Shown piece by piece: positions 8,949 through 17,626 of a stretch of DNA of 64,000 nt. Location of the stretch: contig DBXS01000010.1 of the NCBI GenBank assembly GCA_002310055.1, positions 2,598 through 66,597 on the forward strand, written 5' to 3'. The notes beneath the pieces were generated by a model. It had not been told where the DNA came from, did no database searches, and worked only from the letters and a program-made list of their open reading frames with translations. The first letter of the stretch is position 1, and each line of letters opens with the position of its first letter. The position numbers and the translations under genes were made by a program. This stretch comes from Clostridiales bacterium UBA1206. GTDB lineage: Bacteria > Bacillota > Clostridia > Oscillospirales > CAG-382.

Positions 8949-10355
8949 TCAGCCGCCCTGATATTCGCATTCGTCTATAGCGTCGGAGAACGCTTTGTTG
9001 ATGAACGCGTCGACGTCGGCGACGTCGGTTTCGGAAATGCACTTGGAAATGAGCGCGCCGACCTGGTCGCGGGCGGTGGAGGAACCGTTGAACGCGGGAG
9101 AGGTGTAGTAGTAGTCGGCCTGTTCGAGGCACACTTTGGCGCTGAGCGCGGAGATGTATTTGCCGCCGTCGGCTTTGGCTATAAAGTCGGCGTAAGTGGG
9201 ATTTTCGGAAACCGATTTGATCACGGGAACGTAGCCCGAAGCCATGGAGAATTCCGCCTGGAATTCAACGGAAGTGATGAGGTACTTGAGGAACAGCCAA
9301 GATGCGAGCACTTCCTGAGGATTGTCTTTTTTGAAGATGCAGATGCTCGGGCCCTGGGAGATTATCTTCTGGTTGTCGGCGTTGGCCTGAGGGATGGAGG
9401 TTATGCCCACTTCGAACGGATACGAGCCGTCGTCGTTGGCGCTGGGGCGCTGATGGGTGGCGCCGGCGGAAGAGCCGATGCACATATAGCATCTGATGCC
9501 GTTGGTGGAAGTGAACAGGCCGGAGGTGTAGGAGCCGTAAAGTTTCTGGGTGGTGATCCAGCCGTTCTGATACCATTCGCGGAATCTCTTGACGAAATTC
9601 TTGTTGGTATCGTTATTGAACAGATAATGCTCGCCGTTGGCGCTGGTGTACGGGGATTCCAGCTGTTCGCACATAGTGATGAACCAGTTGGCTTCGCTGT
9701 CGTAGCCCATGGGGATACTGTTGGGGTCGATCTCCTTTATACGGCGGCAGAGGGCTTCCATTTCGTCCCAGGTCTTGGGAGGAGTGAGCCCGTTGGCTTC
9801 GAAGAAGGTCTTGTCGTAATAGAGCACTTCGGTGGATTTGGAAAACGGCATGGTGTACATAAGGCCGTCGCCGAACTGCATACCTTCTTCGTAGTAACCT
9901 TTGATGAAGTCGTTCTTCTGCTCTTCGGTTAGGCCGAGTATCTCTTTGGTGCCGTCGGCGCGGGTGACTTCGATCTGGCTGTCGATGATGTCGTCGAGCG
10001 TGGCGACCGCGCCGGTGAGGTTATACAGCGCTACGTGGTCGGGATAGCAATACGCCATATTGGGTTCGGTGCGGTACGAAAGCTCGGTGCTGATCTGGTT
10101 CCTTACGTCGTCGTAGCCGCCGATCTTCTCGTAGGCTATATGGATGTTGGGATAAAGCTTGTTGAATTCTTCGATATAGATATCGAGAACGTCGCTCAGG
10201 TTGGAACCCATGGTGTGGTAGAATTTGACGGTGACTTCGCTTCCGTCGTAGCCGCCCTCGGGGACTATGAAGTTGGGCGCGGCTTTTGCTTTTCCGCAGG
10301 CGCAGAGCGTGAGCGCCATGGCGGCAAGCAGGATGAAAACAAGCAGCTTTTTCAT
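8949..10355 (-). CDS. ABC transporter substrate-binding lipoprotein (solute-binding family 1, CUT1-type); ligand unknown
   Basis: Lipobox LTLCAC|G. The 468-aa length and overall pattern fit family-1 extracellular solute-binding proteins. It sits directly downstream of two CUT1 permeases. Confidence 0.85.
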   Translation of the reverse strand: MKKLLVFILLAAMALTLCACGKAKAAPNFIVPEGGYDGSEVTVKFYHTMGSNLSDVLDIYIEEFNKLYPNIHIAYEKIGGYDDVRNQISTELSYRTEPNMAYCYPDHVALYNLTGAVATLDDIIDSQIEVTRADGTKEILGLTEEQKNDFIKGYYEEGMQFGDGLMYTMPFSKSTEVLYYDKTFFEANGLTPPKTWDEMEALCRRIKEIDPNSIPMGYDSEANWFITMCEQLESPYTSANGEHYLFNNDTNKNFVKRFREWYQNGWITTQKLYGSYTSGLFTSTNGIRCYMCIGSSAGATHQRPSANDDGSYPFEVGITSIPQANADNQKIISQGPSICIFKKDNPQEVLASWLFLKYLITSVEFQAEFSMASGYVPVIKSVSENPTYADFIAKADGGKYISALSAKVCLEQADYYYTSPAFNGSSTARDQVGALISKCISETDVADVDAFINKAFSDAIDECEYQGG

Positions 10356-10402
10356 TTCGGGGGATCCTTTCTAAGTAAAAAGTATTTATGTTATAAAATC
10401 TT

Positions 10403-11296
10403 TTAACCTTTTATGCCGCTGCGCGAAACGCCGCGGATTATGTATTTGCGAAGGAACACGAACACCAAAAACAGCGGCAGCGAGACGAGCGCGACCGCGG
10501 CCATCTGCGCCGGATAGTTCGTTTCGCCCGCTTCATCCAGGAACGCGGTGCCGCGCAAGCCGTTGGTGATGAGCTTGTGCAGGTCGTCGTTGGCGACGAG
10601 CCGCGGCCAGATGTAGGAGTTCCAGGCGCCCATCATCTTGAGGATCGTGATCGAGATGATGGTGGGCAGCGAAAGCGGGATCATCACTTTCCACAGATAT
10701 TTGATGTCGCTGGTGCCGTCGACCTTGGCGGCGAGATACAGCTCGTTGGGTATCTGCAGGAAGTTCTGACGAAGCAGGTAGATATAGAACACGCTCACCA
10801 AGAACGGGACGATAAGGACGGTGTAGGTGTTCATCCACCCGAGGTCGTTGACCGTGCCGTAGTTGGTTATGGTGAACAGCTCGCCGGGGATCATCATTGT
10901 GGCGAGCAAGCCCGCGAACAGTATGTTCTTGCCCTTGAACTGCAGTCTGGCAAACGCGAACGCCGAAAGCACGGTGATTATGAGCGAAAGGATGGTGGAA
11001 ACGACGCCCACTATCACGGTGTTCAGGAACAGTCTGCCCAAATTGGCTACCCTGAACGCCTCGCTGTAGTTGGACCACATAACGTGCTGAGGCCAGAAGG
11101 TGGGGGTGCTCATACGGTATTCCTCTATGGATTTGAGCGAGGAGTTGATCATCCAGTAGAACGGGAACAGGACCACGATCGCCATAAACACGAGGAACGC
11201 GTAGGTGAGCACTTTTGCGACCACGCCGCCCGTCTTTGCGCGGCGGGTGACTTTGGAGATATCTTTTTCTTTCATAACTTTGATATTATCCGCCAT
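10403..11296 (-). CDS. ABC transporter permease (MalG/UgpE-like)
   Basis: Six-TM profile and the EAA loop LAAKVDGTSDIKYLWKVMIP. GAGGAGG lies before the ATG. Confidence 0.9.
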   Translation of the reverse strand: MADNIKVMKEKDISKVTRRAKTGGVVAKVLTYAFLVFMAIVVLFPFYWMINSSLKSIEEYRMSTPTFWPQHVMWSNYSEAFRVANLGRLFLNTVIVGVVSTILSLIITVLSAFAFARLQFKGKNILFAGLLATMMIPGELFTITNYGTVNDLGWMNTYTVLIVPFLVSVFYIYLLRQNFLQIPNELYLAAKVDGTSDIKYLWKVMIPLSLPTIISITILKMMGAWNSYIWPRLVANDDLHKLITNGLRGTAFLDEAGETNYPAQMAAVALVSLPLFLVFVFLRKYIIRGVSRSGIKG

Positions 11297-11309
11297 TGCT
11301 CACACCTCC

Positions 11310-12254
11310 TCAATAATGAACGCGTTTTTTGCTGACGTAAAGGTTTATAAGCGTAACGACGAGAATGATGCCGAACAGTATGAGCGCCGCGGCCGAAGCG
11401 CGCCCCTGGTTATTGCTGCTGAGCGCGTCGTAGATGAACCCGACCATCGTATTCAGGCGTCCCGCGTCGTTGGCGGGGCCCATCGACTGCCCGAATATAC
11501 CTATGACGCTGGAATACTCTTTGAACCCGCCGATGAATCCGGTTATGACGACGTAGGCGATCATCGGGGAAAGGAGCGGCACCGTTATGCGCCAGAAGGT
11601 GCGCGCGCGCGAAGTCCCGTCGACTTTGGCGGCTTCGTAATACTGTTTGTTGACGCTCTGCAGGCCGCCGAGCAGTATGAGTATCTTGAACGGCAGCGCG
11701 TTCCATACGATATACACCACCATAACGGCGATATTCGCGGCGTAGGAGGACCCGGTGTTGATCCAGTTGACGTTGGAGCCGCCGAAGAACGTGATGATGT
11801 TATTGATGATACCGGCGTTGGAAATGAGTTCGTTCTGCGTGCCGATGAAGCTGCCGACGATGTTGAACATCGCGGCGAAGACCATGCCTATGGCGATGGT
11901 GTTGGTGACGTACGGCAGGAAGAATATGGTCTGCAGCGGCTTTTGCAGCGCCTTGATGGAATTGAGGCAGACCGCGATGAACAGCGCGAGCAGCGTTGAG
12001 ATGGGGACCGTGAGCACGCACATCAGCGCGGTGTTGCCGAGGCACTGCAGGAATTTCTGATATTTTACGACTTTGACGAAATTCTGCACGCCGAAGCTGA
12101 ACGTCGCGCCGCCCGCGGCCTCGAGCCCTTTATATCCGTCGAGGAAAGCCATACGGACCGTGTTGATTATGGGCCATACCGTGAACACCAGCAGCAATAT
12201 GATAGCCGGCGAAAGGTAGAGCCACGCTTTCCATTGTTGTTTGTTGTCTACCAT
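11310..12254 (-). CDS. ABC transporter permease (MalF/UgpA-like)
   Basis: EAA loop EAAKVDGTSRARTFWRITVP and a multi-TM profile. Confidence 0.9.
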   Translation of the reverse strand: MVDNKQQWKAWLYLSPAIILLLVFTVWPIINTVRMAFLDGYKGLEAAGGATFSFGVQNFVKVVKYQKFLQCLGNTALMCVLTVPISTLLALFIAVCLNSIKALQKPLQTIFFLPYVTNTIAIGMVFAAMFNIVGSFIGTQNELISNAGIINNIITFFGGSNVNWINTGSSYAANIAVMVVYIVWNALPFKILILLGGLQSVNKQYYEAAKVDGTSRARTFWRITVPLLSPMIAYVVITGFIGGFKEYSSVIGIFGQSMGPANDAGRLNTMVGFIYDALSSNNQGRASAAALILFGIILVVTLINLYVSKKRVHY

Positions 12255-12266
12255 TTTATGTACCCC

Positions 12267-13352
12267 TTAAAAACGTATTCTTTCTTCGGTGGTTTTATCG
12301 AAAATGAACACCTTGTTGGGTTTGAGCGTATACCTTACTTCGGCGAGCGTGGGATCTACGGTGACGTCGGAATTGATTATGGAACGCACGACTTTGCCGT
12401 CTTTTTCCGAAACGACGCTCATATCGCGGCCCATGACTTCGATACCGGTGAGCTTGCACACGAGAGAACCCGCGGGGTCGTAAACGAAACCTTCGGGACG
12501 GACGCCCACGGTGACTTCCCTGTCTTCGACTCCGCCGACATCAAGCACGGCGTCTTCGCCGATATACAGCGTGCCGTTTGCGACTCTGCCTTCGAAAACG
12601 TTGATGGGCGGCGTGCCTAAGAACTTGGCGACGAACAGGTTGACGGGGTCGTCGTAGACGTCCTGAGGCTTGCCGATCTGCTGGATGATGCCTTTTTTCA
12701 TAACGACGATGAGGTCGGAAATGCTCATAGCTTCTTCCTGGTCGTGCGTTACGAAAACGGTGGTGATGCCGGTCTCGCGCTGGATACGGCGGATCTCTTC
12801 GCGCGTTTGAAGTCTGAGTCGCGCGTCGAGGTTGGAAAGCGGTTCGTCGAGCAGCAGCACTCTGGGCATTTTGACCAGTGCGCGCGCGATCGCCACACGC
12901 TGCTGCTGGCCGCCCGAAAGCTCGCTGGGTTTGCGGTCCATAAGCTCGTCGATCTGGACCAGGCGCGCGGCGGTGGTGGCGCGGTCGAGCATTTCGTCTT
13001 TGGAAAGCTTGTCGTCGCCTTTGAGGTTCTGCAGCGGGAAGAGGATGTTCTGCCTTACCGTCATATGCGGATAAAGCGCGTAGTTCTGGAACACCAGACC
13101 CACTCCGCGTTTTTCGGCGGCGAGATCGGTCACGTCGTCGTCGTCGAAAAAGATCTTACCGCCCGAAACCTTTTGCAGGCCGCTTATCATATAAAGCGTG
13201 GTGCTTTTGCCGCAGCCGGAAGGGCCGAGCAGCCCCACGAGCTTGCCGTCGGGGACCGTGAAAGTAAAATCGTCGACCGCTATGACCGATTCCTTGGATT
13301 TTTTGTTCCTGCTGGGAAAGATCTTGGTTACGTTTTGCAGTACTACTTTCAT
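12267..13352 (-). CDS. ABC transporter ATP-binding protein (MalK/UgpC/MsmX-like)
   Basis: Walker A GPSGCGKST, signature LSGGQQQRVAIARAL, Walker B LLLDEPLSNLD, and a C-terminal TOBE-like region. Confidence 0.92.
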   Translation of the reverse strand: MKVVLQNVTKIFPSRNKKSKESVIAVDDFTFTVPDGKLVGLLGPSGCGKSTTLYMISGLQKVSGGKIFFDDDDVTDLAAEKRGVGLVFQNYALYPHMTVRQNILFPLQNLKGDDKLSKDEMLDRATTAARLVQIDELMDRKPSELSGGQQQRVAIARALVKMPRVLLLDEPLSNLDARLRLQTREEIRRIQRETGITTVFVTHDQEEAMSISDLIVVMKKGIIQQIGKPQDVYDDPVNLFVAKFLGTPPINVFEGRVANGTLYIGEDAVLDVGGVEDREVTVGVRPEGFVYDPAGSLVCKLTGIEVMGRDMSVVSEKDGKVVRSIINSDVTVDPTLAEVRYTLKPNKVFIFDKTTEERIRF

Positions 13353-13384
13353 ACTTGGCTCCTGTGTGTGTTTTATATTTTCAT

Positions 13385-14146
13385 TTAATAATCTTCACGG
13401 GATTCGCGGTATTCTTTCTGCTCCTGCAGATACTCTTCGAGCGCTTCGCGCGTGTCGAATATCTTCTGCGTGGCGCCGTCCACCGCGGCGGTGGAGGCGA
13501 GCAGGTCGTGGATGGCGGCTCCGTTGCGCGTGCAGAGCACGAGCGCCACCTGAAGTATGAGCAGCAGACCCATAAGCACCACGCCGAGCATCCCTATGCC
13601 GTTGAACAGTATGAGGAACACCATAAACACCGGCACCATTATCTCGATCGCGTACTTGCCGAGTATCGAGCGCACGAACAGCGTGACGTTGCTTATGCGC
13701 ACCCCGTCGACGCCGACGACGCAGATGTTGAACACTTTCTTGCCCACCGTCTGGCCGTTTTTGAAATAGAGCGGCACGAAGAATTCCAGCGACAAAACGG
13801 CAAGAAAAATACCCAAAGAAGTCATAAGCATAGTGAGGTTCACGACGCGTTTGTACGCGTTCGCCGTCTCTTCGTCGCCGGCGATAAGCTCTGCGATCTC
13901 GTCGTAACGGGCCTGCTCTTCTTTGGGGAGTTTCTGATATTCTTCGTTGGTTATGCTGAGCTTGACGTTATAAGTCTGCTCGAAATAGTCGTATCTCGCG
14001 GCGAGGCGCTCGTTGGCGGAATCGTAACCGGTGGCGAACGCGACCGCCGTTATAAAGCCGGCGGACAGCACGCAAAGCAGTATCACGTCCAGCACCAGGG
14101 CCGATATCCTTTTCCAGAGTCCGGCTTTTTGAAGTTCGTACGTCAT
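13385..14146 (-). CDS. RDD family membrane protein
   Basis: N-terminal WKRISALVLD, GQTVGKKVFNICVV and a C-terminal HDLLASTAAV, which match the RDD pattern. Lies 32 nt upstream of the ATPase gene. Confidence 0.7.
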   Translation of the reverse strand: MTYELQKAGLWKRISALVLDVILLCVLSAGFITAVAFATGYDSANERLAARYDYFEQTYNVKLSITNEEYQKLPKEEQARYDEIAELIAGDEETANAYKRVVNLTMLMTSLGIFLAVLSLEFFVPLYFKNGQTVGKKVFNICVVGVDGVRISNVTLFVRSILGKYAIEIMVPVFMVFLILFNGIGMLGVVLMGLLLILQVALVLCTRNGAAIHDLLASTAAVDGATQKIFDTREALEEYLQEQKEYRESREDY

Positions 14147-14198
14147 GGCAGAGCATTCCTTTTTTTACAGATTTTCCACGCCTTGTTGATACACTATA

Positions 14199-14227
14199 AT
14201 ATTACCACAAAACAGCCGTTTAGTCAA
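14199..14227 (-). promoter_or_regulatory. sigma-A-like promoter for the RDD-ABC-nuclease operon
   Basis: On the minus strand: TTGACT (14227-14222), 17-nt spacer, TAATAT (14204-14199), about 50 nt upstream of ATG 14146. Confidence 0.55.
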
Positions 14228-14250
14228 CTGCAAACGACAAGATTTTTGCA

Positions 14251-14279
14251 AAAAAAATCCCGCAGAACCGTTCTGCGGG
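14251..14279 (-). terminator. rho-independent terminator (minus strand)
   Basis: Minus-strand CCCGCAGAAC-cg-GTTCTGCGGG followed by A+T8. Confidence 0.75.
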
Positions 14280-14394
14280 AAGGGTTTGTTAACATAATTA
14301 GCAAATCAGCCTAAATATTTTTTTACGTCGCTTTCCGAAAGCCCGAAACGGCTCTTTGTCTGCTTCACGATCTCGTCGCGGCGCACGGCTTTGA
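14251..14394 (-). ncRNA. candidate roughly 140-nt transcript (sRNA, leader/attenuator or 26-codon micro-ORF); function unknown
   Basis: Bounded by the promoter at 14401-14429 and the terminator at 14251-14279. Contains GTG-initiated RRDEIVKQTKSRFGLSESDVKKYLG* without an SD sequence. No known RNA family recognised. Confidence 0.3.
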
Positions 14395-14400
14395 ATTATA

Positions 14401-14429
14401 ATTATAACACGAATTGTCGAAAAATGCAA
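14401..14429 (-). promoter_or_regulatory. sigma-A-like promoter (TTGCAT-N17-TATAAT) for the small unit
   Basis: On the minus strand: TTGCAT (14429-14424), 17-nt spacer, TATAAT (14406-14401). A second TATAAT follows immediately (14400-14395). Confidence 0.55.
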
Positions 14430-14476
14430 TATTTTTCATTTCCGGCGTTTTTCTGCGACAAAACGGCATTTTCGCC

Positions 14477-14505
14477 TTGTAAAAACGCAAAAGATATGAT
14501 ATAAT
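14477..14505 (+). promoter_or_regulatory. sigma-A-like promoter for the chromate-transporter pair
   Basis: TTGTAA at 14477-14482, 17-nt spacer, TATAAT at 14500-14505. Confidence 0.55.
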
Positions 14506-14540
14506 CCGGGTTAGGCAAAAGACTATATTCGAAAGGCAAA

Positions 14541-15131
14541 ATGATGAAAGAAAAAAGACCGCTCGCAGCGCTCTTCTTCACGATGCTCAAAATAGGGCTG
14601 TTCACTTTCGGCGGCGGCTACGCGATGCTCGCCCTGCTGGAAAACGAGTTCGTGGAAAAGAAAGCCTGGATGACCAAAGACGAGTTTCTGGACATGACGG
14701 CGCTCGCCGAATCCACGCCCGGCCCCATAGCGATAAACAGCGCGACGTATATCGGATACAAAAAAGGCGGCGTTGCAGGTTCGGCGCTGGCGACGCTCGG
14801 CGTCTGCATACCGTCGTTCGTCATAATTTTCATAATTTCCCTTTTCTTTGACGAATTCTTAAAATTCGAACTCGTTGCGCGCGCGTTCCGCGGGATACAG
14901 GCGTGCGTGGTGTATCTGATCGCCGCGGCGGGGATAAAGCTTTTGAAAAGCTCGGTCAAGGACGTCTTTTCGGTCGTGATCTTCGCGCTCACGCTTATTC
15001 TCTGCGTTTGCTTTTCGCTGTTTTCGGTCAGCTTTTCTTCGGTGTTCTTCATACTCATATCCGGCGCGGTCGGTTACGCCGCGTGGCTTATAAGGCGGCG
15101 TTCGTCTTCTGAAAAGGAGGCGGAAAAATGA
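14541..15131 (+). CDS. chrA: chromate transporter family protein (short-chain CHR, first half)
   Basis: Motif GLFTFGGGYAMLALL...ESTPGPIAINSATYIGY, typical of ChrA. Confidence 0.85.
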   Translation: MMKEKRPLAALFFTMLKIGLFTFGGGYAMLALLENEFVEKKAWMTKDEFLDMTALAESTPGPIAINSATYIGYKKGGVAGSALATLGVCIPSFVIIFIISLFFDEFLKFELVARAFRGIQACVVYLIAAAGIKLLKSSVKDVFSVVIFALTLILCVCFSLFSVSFSSVFFILISGAVGYAAWLIRRRSSSEKEAEK

Positions 15132-15694
15132 TTTATCTAAAACTGTTCCTGGTATTCCTCGAACTCGGCGCGGTGTCGTTCGGCGGCGGCTACGGAATGA
15201 TCTCGCTGCTGCGCGAACAGGTGCTTTCGCACGGGTGGATGACCGAGGAAAGCTTTATGAATATGCTCGCGGTATCGGAATCCACGCCCGGGCCTATTGC
15301 CGTGAATATGGCGACTTTCGTGGGCTCTGCGCAGGGAGGGCTGTTCGGCTCGTTCTGCGCCACGCTGGGAGTGGTGCTGCCCGCGTTCATAATAATGCTC
15401 GTAATCGTTTCGCTCATCCGCAATTTCATAAACCTTCCGCCGGTGCAGGGCGCGCTCGGCGGGATCCGTCCCTGCGTGGTGGCGCTCATATGCGGCACGG
15501 CGCTCATAATGGGACTGCGCGCGGTGTTCGGCGTTTCCGCCGGCGACTTCGTTTTGGATTTCGACTTGCGCGCGCTCGGGATAATCGCGTTCGTCGCGGC
15601 GTTCGCTTTCGCCTGCAAACGCTTTGCAAAGAAAAAGCCCTCGCCGATAATCCTTATAGTCATATCGGCGGGGCTCGGGATACTGTTATACTGA
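15128..15694 (+). CDS. chrA: chromate transporter family protein (short-chain CHR, second half)
   Basis: Motif SFGGGYGMISLL...ESTPGPIAVNMATFVG. ATGA overlap with the first half. Confidence 0.85.
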   Translation: MIYLKLFLVFLELGAVSFGGGYGMISLLREQVLSHGWMTEESFMNMLAVSESTPGPIAVNMATFVGSAQGGLFGSFCATLGVVLPAFIIMLVIVSLIRNFINLPPVQGALGGIRPCVVALICGTALIMGLRAVFGVSAGDFVLDFDLRALGIIAFVAAFAFACKRFAKKKPSPIILIVISAGLGILLY

Positions 15695-15701
15695 GCTTTG
15701 T

Positions 15702-17480
15702 TTAATCGAACAATACTTTCTTCATAAGGTCGGGGATCAGATACAGATCGCTGACCTTATTGTCGCGAAGCCAGCTTGCGGCGTAACGCTCGCTCCAGTC
15801 GAGGAACGCGCTTTCGCTGACTTCGGTTTTCGCGCCGAGCATACGGGCGAACCCCATGCTCAGGTAATAATCCGCTTCGGCGGCGAGCACGAGGTCTTCG
15901 TATATCTCGCCGGCGCCGAGCGACGCGAATTCTTTGGAAATGCCGAGACACACGTTTGCGTTTTCAATGAACTTCGCCGCGTCTTTTTCGCCCAGTTCGA
16001 GCGCTTTGCCGTAATAGCTGTGCACGCCGAAATGCCACTGGGTGAAGATGCCCCAGTTCATAACGCTTTCGGTCTCGCCGAGCTTTTCTATGAGCTCGAC
16101 CGTTTTTCCGGTGCCGTCGCCGTATACGAGCGAAGACACCGCTTTGTTATAATCTTTGCCGAACACGTCGGTACCGCACCGCCATCCCTTGACGGCGCCG
16201 AGAACCAGTCCGTAGAGCGAGCAGTTGGCGGAACAGACGTGGCCGTAATCGCCCCACGAGGTGTTGAGGATGCCGAGCACGCCGTTCTTCATCCCGCCGT
16301 CGGCCATGGCGACTATGTTCTTGCGGGCGTATCCCAGAGCTTCGGAAAAATGGTTCCACGAAGAACAGCCCGGGCAGACCATCTGGCGCACGCCCGCGGA
16401 AGCGAATTTGTCAATGGCGCCCACGTTGGGGGCATCGCGGTAATCCCAGCAGAGCATGACCATATCCTTGGGGAAGGACGGAATGATCTCGGGATGGTTG
16501 AGCACGATGTCGCCCCACATCATAGCGGTCTTCCCGCGCGAAGAAACGTGCTCGATGAGTTTTGTGGTGAATTCAAGATACAGCTTCGCCTTGTCCTTGC
16601 CGGCGTTGCGCCCGCGGCAGAGGTCGAACGTTTCGTCACAGCAGATGTTGAAATAGCTGCTCCGAAACAGCGGTATGAACTGGTCGATGAGCGATTTTAT
16701 AAGCTCGAAGCTTTCGGGATTGGAAGCGTCGATGGTGTGGTGGAGCATACGGTTCACCCAGGGGTTGGGATCGGGCTTGTAATCTTCGAGCTCGCACAGA
16801 TGCGCGTAGCGCTTGGAAGAAAGCAGCCGGTAAAGGTGCCCGAAGGTGGAAAGCGACGGCACGAAATCTATGAAGTTATCGTAGCAGTAGTCGTCAAGTT
16901 CCATTATCTCCTCGGCGGTCATATAGCCGTCGGGATCGAGGAAGCAGCGGTATTCTTTGAAATCGAACGCGTGCTCGATATACACCTGCAGCATATTCAC
17001 TTTGTAATACGCGAGCATGTCTATTATCTTTTTCACGCCTTCCACGGTGGGGACTCTCCCGCGCGAAACGTCCAGATAATAGCCGCGCAGCTTCATATCC
17101 GGCTCGTCCTTTATTTCGCAGTACGGCACTTTTCCGCCGCCGTTTTCGGCGAGCTGTCTGAGCGTCTGGATCCCGTAAAACGCGCCCGCGAGCGACTGCG
17201 AAGCTATCTTCACGCCGTTTGGACCGACGGTGAGCGCATACGATTCGGTATTCTTTTTGGCGCCGGCGCATACCGAAACGCAGACTCCGCAAGACGCGGG
17301 ATCGAACGCCTTGTTTATTTTGGAAAAAGCTCCGGTAAGAGATTCGAGTTCGTCGGCGAGCGTCTTGCACGCCTTGAATATCCTCGCGTCGCACGCCGTG
17401 TTCATAACTATCTGCATCCCGCGCAGATCGAGCTCGCCGCGGTGGACGCGCATTCTTTTGGGGCTGGGTACGAGTGTCAT
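15702..17480 (-). CDS. glycoside hydrolase family 20 (beta-N-acetylhexosaminidase-like), cytoplasmic
   Basis: IKDEPDMKLRGYYLDVSRGRV, the TIM-barrel pattern and a CCDE catalytic-pair position. No signal peptide. ATG 17480 is preferred (GAGGG 8 nt upstream) over TTG 17486. Confidence 0.8.
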   Translation of the reverse strand: MTLVPSPKRMRVHRGELDLRGMQIVMNTACDARIFKACKTLADELESLTGAFSKINKAFDPASCGVCVSVCAGAKKNTESYALTVGPNGVKIASQSLAGAFYGIQTLRQLAENGGGKVPYCEIKDEPDMKLRGYYLDVSRGRVPTVEGVKKIIDMLAYYKVNMLQVYIEHAFDFKEYRCFLDPDGYMTAEEIMELDDYCYDNFIDFVPSLSTFGHLYRLLSSKRYAHLCELEDYKPDPNPWVNRMLHHTIDASNPESFELIKSLIDQFIPLFRSSYFNICCDETFDLCRGRNAGKDKAKLYLEFTTKLIEHVSSRGKTAMMWGDIVLNHPEIIPSFPKDMVMLCWDYRDAPNVGAIDKFASAGVRQMVCPGCSSWNHFSEALGYARKNIVAMADGGMKNGVLGILNTSWGDYGHVCSANCSLYGLVLGAVKGWRCGTDVFGKDYNKAVSSLVYGDGTGKTVELIEKLGETESVMNWGIFTQWHFGVHSYYGKALELGEKDAAKFIENANVCLGISKEFASLGAGEIYEDLVLAAEADYYLSMGFARMLGAKTEVSESAFLDWSERYAASWLRDNKVSDLYLIPDLMKKVLFD

Positions 17481-17574
17481 TTTCAATTCCCTCTTTTCAT
17501 GGTTTTTGTATGCGTATATTATAACGCTTTTGCTTTAAAATGTCAATGACGCGAAATACCGCGCGCGATAATTA

Positions 17575-17603
17575 TTGACATCGGGTGAGGGAAATGATAT
17601 AAT
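17575..17603 (+). promoter_or_regulatory. sigma-A promoter, exact TTGACA-N17-TATAAT
   Basis: TTGACA at 17575-17580 and TATAAT at 17598-17603, upstream of the gene starting at 17627. Confidence 0.7.
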
Positions 17604-17626
17604 GAACGCACAGGAGGCGGATAAAT

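Noticed and set aside
13355-14314. A 319-aa plus-strand ORF spanning the RDD gene and the intergenic region.
   Set aside because: It is antisense to the RDD gene and runs through the promoter and terminator signals. Its sequence is His/Arg-rich and low in complexity, with no motifs.
14541-15694. Two adjacent half-size chrA ORFs, considered as a possible frameshifted pseudogene.
   Set aside because: Both halves carry their own FGGGY...ESTPGP motif and overlap by ATGA. This is the normal paired short-chain CHR arrangement rather than a broken long ChrA.
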